Source: an uncultured archaeon (GTDB taxonomy: Archaea > Asgardarchaeota > Thorarchaeia > Thorarchaeales > CAZPUN01). Taken from it: a stretch of 32,000 bases of DNA. The stretch spans positions 38,515 to 70,514 of the forward strand of contig CAZPUN010000013.1 of assembly GCA_964589775.1 (NCBI GenBank), in the 5' to 3' direction. The notes below the pieces were generated by a model, which was not told the origin of the DNA, did no database searches, and saw only the letters and a program-made list of their open reading frames with translations. A program made the position numbers and the translations under genes. Shown here piece by piece: positions 27,357 to 32,000 of this stretch; position 1 is the first letter of the stretch, and each line of letters begins with the position of its first letter.

Positions 27357-28962
27357 TTTGAGTAATAATGAAATATATGTTTTGGATACGTCGATAGTAA
27401 TTGATGGATGGTTGTCTAAGCAAATAAAATCTGGAAATTTCAATAATTCAAAAATAGTTATTCCAAATGTAGTTATCGCAGAAATCGAATATCAATCAAA
27501 CCAAGGATATTCTTCTGGTCGTGCAGGATTAGATGAATTAATCGAATTACGAAATCTAGAAAAATCTGGTTTTATTGAACTGATGTTATTTGGTGATCGC
27601 CCCTCACTAGATCAAATAAAGCTAAGTTATGGTGGTGAGCTTGATGAACTTATTCGTGCAGTAGCTTTTGAATTAAATGCTACACTTATTACTATGGATA
27701 AAGTGCAGTCAAAAGTAGCGGAAATTCAAGGTATTAATGTAATTCTTGTAAAGCCGATGCGTGAAAATGGATATAAAATAGAAGACTTTTTTGAAAGTGA
27801 TATAATGTCTATTCATTTAGCAGAAGGTAATCCTCCGCGTGCTAAGCGAGGTTCTCCAGGTAATTGGCAATTAGTCACTTTAAGTGATGATATTTTAACA
27901 AGAGACGATATTAAACTTCTAATTGAAGATATTTTCTATCACGCAAAAGCTATGCCTGATACATTTTTTGAGATACAGGATCGTGGTGCTACCGTAATCC
28001 AAATGCAAAATCTGAGAATTGTAATTACAACTCCTCCATTTTCGAATAAATATGAAATCACGGCAGTGCGTCCAATTGTTCATTTAACTATTGAAGACTA
28101 TAACCTAGATAATCAATTATTGGCACGATTAGATACCCGCGCAGAAGGGATTCTTGTCGCCGGTTCTCCTGGTGCAGGAAAATCAACATTTGCTGCGGCA
28201 TTGGCTGAGCGCTATGCAAATCAAAATAAAGTTGTAAAAACTATTGAAAAGCCCCGTGATTTAGAAGTGCCTGATACGATTACACAATATACTACACTTT
28301 CAGACAATATGGAACGTACAGCTGATGTTTTACTTCTTGTTCGTCCAGATTATTGTATTTATGATGAATTACGTCGTACTGAAGATTTTCAATTCTTTGC
28401 AGATCTTAGATTTGCAGGTGTTGGTGTAGTCGGTGTTGTTCATGCAAATGAACCTATTGATGCAGTACAACGCTTTTTATCGCGTGTCGAATTAGGACAA
28501 ATCTCACGGGTTATTGATACTGTAATCTTTTTGAAAGGCGGAAAGATTACTCATGTTTCGTCATTAAATCTTACAGTTCGTGTCCCCTCCGGACTAGCTG
28601 AAAAAGACCTTGCACGTCCTGTTGTTGAAGTTCGTGATTTTCATACTGGTGCTTTAGAATATGAAATCTATACATTTGGAGAACAAACAATTGTTGTTCC
28701 CATAAAAGGAAGCAAAAAACGGAAAGGCAAAAGAGAATCAAAGACAATTATTCCTAGTATATCTATTGAAAAGCGCCATATTGTTATTTATGTTGGACGT
28801 GAATATGCCGATCAAAAAATAACAATATTGTCTAATGGGAAACCCTTATTTGACGCATTTGTTGGGAAGGAAGGAGTAGCTAAAATAAGAAAGAAAACAA
28901 AGAATGGACGCCTGTTATTTGACCATATTTCAGCAGGTGCAGATATTAAAGTTCAGACTTAA
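27343..28962 (+). CDS. PIN-domain/PilT-type ATPase (PINA family)
   Basis: VLDTS PIN domain, EITAVRP, GSPGAGKSTF, RPDY..YDELR, GVVHA, DLARPVVEV, YEIYTFGEQ. Confidence 0.92.
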   Translation: MRENSLSNNEIYVLDTSIVIDGWLSKQIKSGNFNNSKIVIPNVVIAEIEYQSNQGYSSGRAGLDELIELRNLEKSGFIELMLFGDRPSLDQIKLSYGGELDELIRAVAFELNATLITMDKVQSKVAEIQGINVILVKPMRENGYKIEDFFESDIMSIHLAEGNPPRAKRGSPGNWQLVTLSDDILTRDDIKLLIEDIFYHAKAMPDTFFEIQDRGATVIQMQNLRIVITTPPFSNKYEITAVRPIVHLTIEDYNLDNQLLARLDTRAEGILVAGSPGAGKSTFAAALAERYANQNKVVKTIEKPRDLEVPDTITQYTTLSDNMERTADVLLLVRPDYCIYDELRRTEDFQFFADLRFAGVGVVGVVHANEPIDAVQRFLSRVELGQISRVIDTVIFLKGGKITHVSSLNLTVRVPSGLAEKDLARPVVEVRDFHTGALEYEIYTFGEQTIVVPIKGSKKRKGKRESKTIIPSISIEKRHIVIYVGREYADQKITILSNGKPLFDAFVGKEGVAKIRKKTKNGRLLFDHISAGADIKVQT

Positions 28963-29014
28963 TGTATTATTAGAAAATCTTTTTTAATAATGCCCTATAA
29001 AAATCAATGAAAGC

Positions 29015-29137
29015 GGGCCCGTAGCCTAGCGGATAGACGAATAGGTCCAAGGCGCTGGCCTCCTAATTTTAGTTGGAGCCAGTCAGTGGTCACGAGTTCG
29101 AAAGGTAAAAAACCCGAAACTCTCGTCGGGCCCGCCA
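29015..29137 (+). tRNA. tRNA-Arg(CCT) with three introns: 22/23 (29037-29050), 37/38 (29066-29080), 59/60 (29103-29120)
   Basis: BHBs GGAT/GTCC, CTCC/GGAG, TTCG/CGAA; spliced product is a 76-nt cloverleaf. Confidence 0.92.
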
Positions 29138-29147
29138 ATTAAAAAAG

Positions 29148-29636
29148 GTGGGTCGCTTGATTTTTGAAAAGAATGAATTAATTGAATTTTTATCACATGC
29201 AGAACGATTGGTATTAATTGGGGTAGGTAATGAGAATTTAGGAGATGATGGTGTAGGAGTCTATATTGTAAATAGTATTCATAAAGCCACAAAATCTAAT
29301 TTTGTATTAAATGGTGGTAGCGTTCCCGAAAATATTACTCACAAATTAAGAAATTTATTGCCTACGCATATATTACTAATAGATGCCGCAAATTTTAATG
29401 AAGAACCTGGAAGTTTCATATTAGCAACATCCGACGATGTTGTTGGGAAATCAATTTCAACGCATCAATTACCTCTTTCTATTTTGATGAAATACCTTGA
29501 AAACGAATATCATGCAAATGTTCGTTTATTATGCATTCAGATTGAATCAAAAATTCCTTCTATGAAATTAACACAAAGTGTGTTGCATACTGCAAATAAT
29601 CTTATTAATATCTTAATTCCTTATTTTTCAAAATAA
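29148..29636 (+). CDS. hycI: Hydrogenase maturation endopeptidase (HycI-like)
   Basis: GVGNENLGDDGVG, VPEN, IDAA, PG, STHQLP. Confidence 0.88.
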   Translation: MGRLIFEKNELIEFLSHAERLVLIGVGNENLGDDGVGVYIVNSIHKATKSNFVLNGGSVPENITHKLRNLLPTHILLIDAANFNEEPGSFILATSDDVVGKSISTHQLPLSILMKYLENEYHANVRLLCIQIESKIPSMKLTQSVLHTANNLINILIPYFSK

Positions 29637-29639
29637 GAG

Positions 29640-30686
29640 GTGAATATTTTGTATAAGACGGTAGAGTGGTTAGATAATAAAAATGCAGTAAAATTAATTG
29701 ATCAAACAAAGCTTCCATTAAAAGAAAAATTCATTGTTACCAAATCATATAAACGAATTGCAAAGGCAATTAAAATTATGGAGGTTCGAGGAGCTCCTGC
29801 TATTGGTGTTGCCGCAGGGATGGGTATGGCATTAGCAGCTATTGAGTCTAAAGCAAAAAATAAAGAACAATTAATTCACTTCTTAGAAAATGCGGGGAAA
29901 ATTCTTACCTCAACGCGACCAACAGCTGTAAATCTATTCTGGGCAGTAGATCGTATGCTAAATAAAGCCCGTGAATTATCCGGCGACGTTGATTTTATCA
30001 TCAATGAGTTAATAAAAGAAGCAAAACTAATTGCAGAAGAAGATATACAATCTTGTATCAATATTGGAAAAAATGCCTTAGAACTGATTGAGGATGATTG
30101 GACAATTCAGACGATTTGTAATGCCGGTTCTTTAGCAACCGCTTGGTATGGTACTGTCGGTGGAGTAATTAGAGAAGCATATAAGAATAAGAAGGGCATA
30201 AAAGTTTATGCTGCTGAAACTCGTCCTAGATTGCAAGGTGCCAGATTAACTGTTTATGAATTTATGAAAGATAATATACCAGTTACACTAATTACCGATT
30301 CAATGATCGGAACCGTGTTTTCACAAGGAAAAATAAATTGTATTGTTGTGGGCGCAGATAGAATATTAAAATCCGGACATGTAATAAATAAAATAGGTAC
30401 ATATACAATGGCAATAGTTGCAAAATATCATAACATTCCATTTTATGTTGCTGCTCCAATATCAACATTTGACCTAAAAACGCCTGTTGAAGAAGTCATT
30501 ATTGAAGAACGTAGTGGTGATGAAATTCGTAAAATTAATGGTGAATACATCACTGTACCGGATGTTCCAGTGTACAATCCTGCATTTGACATAACTCCAC
30601 CTGAATTGATCTCTGCTATAATCACAGAAAAAGGTATAATTCGAAATCCACAACCGGATACAATACTAAAACTTGTAAAAAGTTAA
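29640..30686 (+). CDS. mtnA: S-methyl-5-thioribose-1-phosphate isomerase (eIF2B-like family)
   Basis: IDQTKLP, VRGAPAIG, RPTAVNL, CNAGSLAT, ETRPRLQG, NKIGT, NPAFDITP. Confidence 0.92.
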   Translation: MNILYKTVEWLDNKNAVKLIDQTKLPLKEKFIVTKSYKRIAKAIKIMEVRGAPAIGVAAGMGMALAAIESKAKNKEQLIHFLENAGKILTSTRPTAVNLFWAVDRMLNKARELSGDVDFIINELIKEAKLIAEEDIQSCINIGKNALELIEDDWTIQTICNAGSLATAWYGTVGGVIREAYKNKKGIKVYAAETRPRLQGARLTVYEFMKDNIPVTLITDSMIGTVFSQGKINCIVVGADRILKSGHVINKIGTYTMAIVAKYHNIPFYVAAPISTFDLKTPVEEVIIEERSGDEIRKINGEYITVPDVPVYNPAFDITPPELISAIITEKGIIRNPQPDTILKLVKS

Positions 30687-30758
30687 TTGGCGCTTTTCTT
30701 TCCTTTTTTATTTTTGACAAATAATAATCTTTTTAATGATTTATTTCAAGATATATAT

Positions 30759-30852
30759 GGGTCCGTAGTCCAGCCTGGATTAGGGCGCAGGCCTTCGGTC
30801 TTGTCAGGAAGATAGTCTGATGTCGGGAGTTCAAATCTCCCCGGACCCGCCA
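30759..30852 (+). tRNA. tRNA-Arg(TCG) with 15-nt intron at 37/38 (30799-30813)
   Basis: GGGTCCG/CGGACCC; BHB CTTC-GGT/GAAG-ATA. Confidence 0.93.
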
Positions 30853-30914
30853 TTTATAACACAATCGAAAGATTTTAATTATTATTGCCTTATAATCAAA
30901 ACCACATGGTATAT

Positions 30915-30993
30915 GCCCCGGTGGTGTAGTCCGGCCTAGCATTCAGGACTGTCACTCCTGAGATCTCGGGTTCAAATCCCGACCGGGGCGCCA
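30915..30993 (+). tRNA. tRNA-Asp(GTC), no intron
   Basis: GCCCCGG/CCGGGGC; CAGGA-CTGTCAC-TCCTG. Confidence 0.96.
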
Positions 30994-31127
30994 GATCTTT
31001 CAAAAAATTCTGAAATACATTTCTTACAGTTAGAAATATTTTTAAGCGGTATAATGGGAATCTCATACGTTCAATTAGATAGTTAAAAACACATTTGCCA
31101 TGTTTATGGCTTAAATCTAATAATTGT

Positions 31128-31240
31128 GGGCCCGTAGCTCAGAAACTTACCAATGAAGCTGGAACGGTAGAGCGTCAGGCTTTTATCAAAGTTCGGAAGA
31201 AACCTGCTGGCCGCGGGTTCAAATCCCGCCGGGCCCGCCA
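31128..31240 (+). tRNA. tRNA-Lys(TTT) with introns at 17/17a (31145-31164) and 37/38 (31186-31201)
   Basis: GGGCCCG/CGGGCCC; BHBs TCAG-AAA/CTGG-AAC and CTTT-TAT/GAAG-AAA. Confidence 0.88.
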
Positions 31241-31447
31241 TTCTAAAAATAGAAAATAATCATTGGTTGGAGAATATATTATAACATGACATTGGAGTCA
31301 ATCTGTGGAGATGTATTCATATTGGTCGAGAATGAAATTGAAATTGACCAAGGTCATTTTAGAAAAGATTATAACATAAAAATTATGAATGCATTTCCAA
31401 TTATGATGAAAAAAATTTTTACTTAACTGGATGCGTGGTGTTTTATC

Positions 31448-32000
31448 TTGGATAATGAAAGAAATAGTCACTGGCCACTTGTAGAAGCTTTCTTGGAAAA
31501 GCATGGCTTAGTAAGCCAACATCTTGATTCATTTGATCGATTTGTAGATGTTGAGCTTCAAAAAATTGTTGATGATGTTGGTGAAATTGTACCTAAAGTT
31601 GAAGGCTATAAAGTCAAATTAGGTAAAATTAGTGTTGGTATGCCCACAGTACGTGAGGCTGATGGATCTGAACATCCGTTATATCCTGCTGAAGCACGCA
31701 TCCGAAATTTGACTTATAGCGCTCCTTTGTATCTCGAAATGACTCCTGTTGTTCAGGAAGGTGACGTTACTCGTCTTCTAGAAAGCATTACAGTATTTGT
31801 TGGGCGCCTTCCTATTATGTTAAAATCTAAAAAATGTCTTTTATATGGAAAATCTGATGAAGAATTAATAAAATATGGCGAAGATCCCAAAGATCCGGGT
31901 GGTTATTTTATTATTAATGGGTCTGAACGAGCATTAGTCACTCAAGAAGATCTTGCACCAAATCGTATTATTATTGAAGAAGCTCAACGAAGCTCTACAT
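31448..32000 (+). CDS. rpoB: DNA-directed RNA polymerase subunit Rpo2 (B), 5' part
   Basis: Manual translation from TTG 31448: GLVSQHLDSF, PAEARIRNLTYSAPL, GRLPIMLKS, GEDPKDPGGYFIINGSER. Confidence 0.95.
   Translation, partial: MDNERNSHWPLVEAFLEKHGLVSQHLDSFDRFVDVELQKIVDDVGEIVPKVEGYKVKLGKISVGMPTVREADGSEHPLYPAEARIRNLTYSAPLYLEMTPVVQEGDVTRLLESITVFVGRLPIMLKSKKCLLYGKSDEELIKYGEDPKDPGGYFIINGSERALVTQEDLAPNRIIIEEAQRSST

Noticed and set aside
689-31504. Other short antisense or nested ORFs in the track (e.g. 689..1000, 15155..15691, 22650..23153, 31298..31504)
   Set aside because: Antisense to or nested in well-supported genes, or low-complexity, with no recognisable motifs

Overview
AT-rich (roughly 30% GC by eye) archaeal core-genome segment; gene content, encoded CCA ends, a split-type splicing endonuclease subunit and multi-intron tRNAs suggest a TACK/Asgard-type archaeon (inference). 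It carries housekeeping genes (hypF, atpD, nac, taw2, dnaG, pelota, ttuA-like, S2P protease, tfe, mbf1, pan, map, gatDE, pgk, rpiA, endA beta-type subunit, PINA, hycI, mtnA, 5' end of rpoB), SRP RNA, a stand-alone 5S rRNA and 12 tRNAs, 9 of which hold 15 BHB-type introns (9 at non-canonical positions). The most interesting signals are in RNA. (1) An unannotated ~210-nt RNA at 15830-16043 folds into two K-turn H/ACA hairpins; the first is capped by a box C/D motif and its pocket fits the peptidyl-transferase-centre U equivalent to E. coli 23S 2496. (2) The tRNA-Leu D-loop intron carries an antisense element plus CUGA aimed at its own variable arm. (3) The 84-nt tRNA-Ser T-loop intron is built from a duplicated palindrome and has nested BHB-like sites. 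(4) tRNA-Trp has three introns, one with a C/D guide. Uncharacterised protein systems: an ExeA-like AAA+ ATPase coupled to an AT-hook/RHH protein, and a membrane-anchored (APPAAG)9 repeat protein. All folding and family assignments were made by eye; no searches were run.
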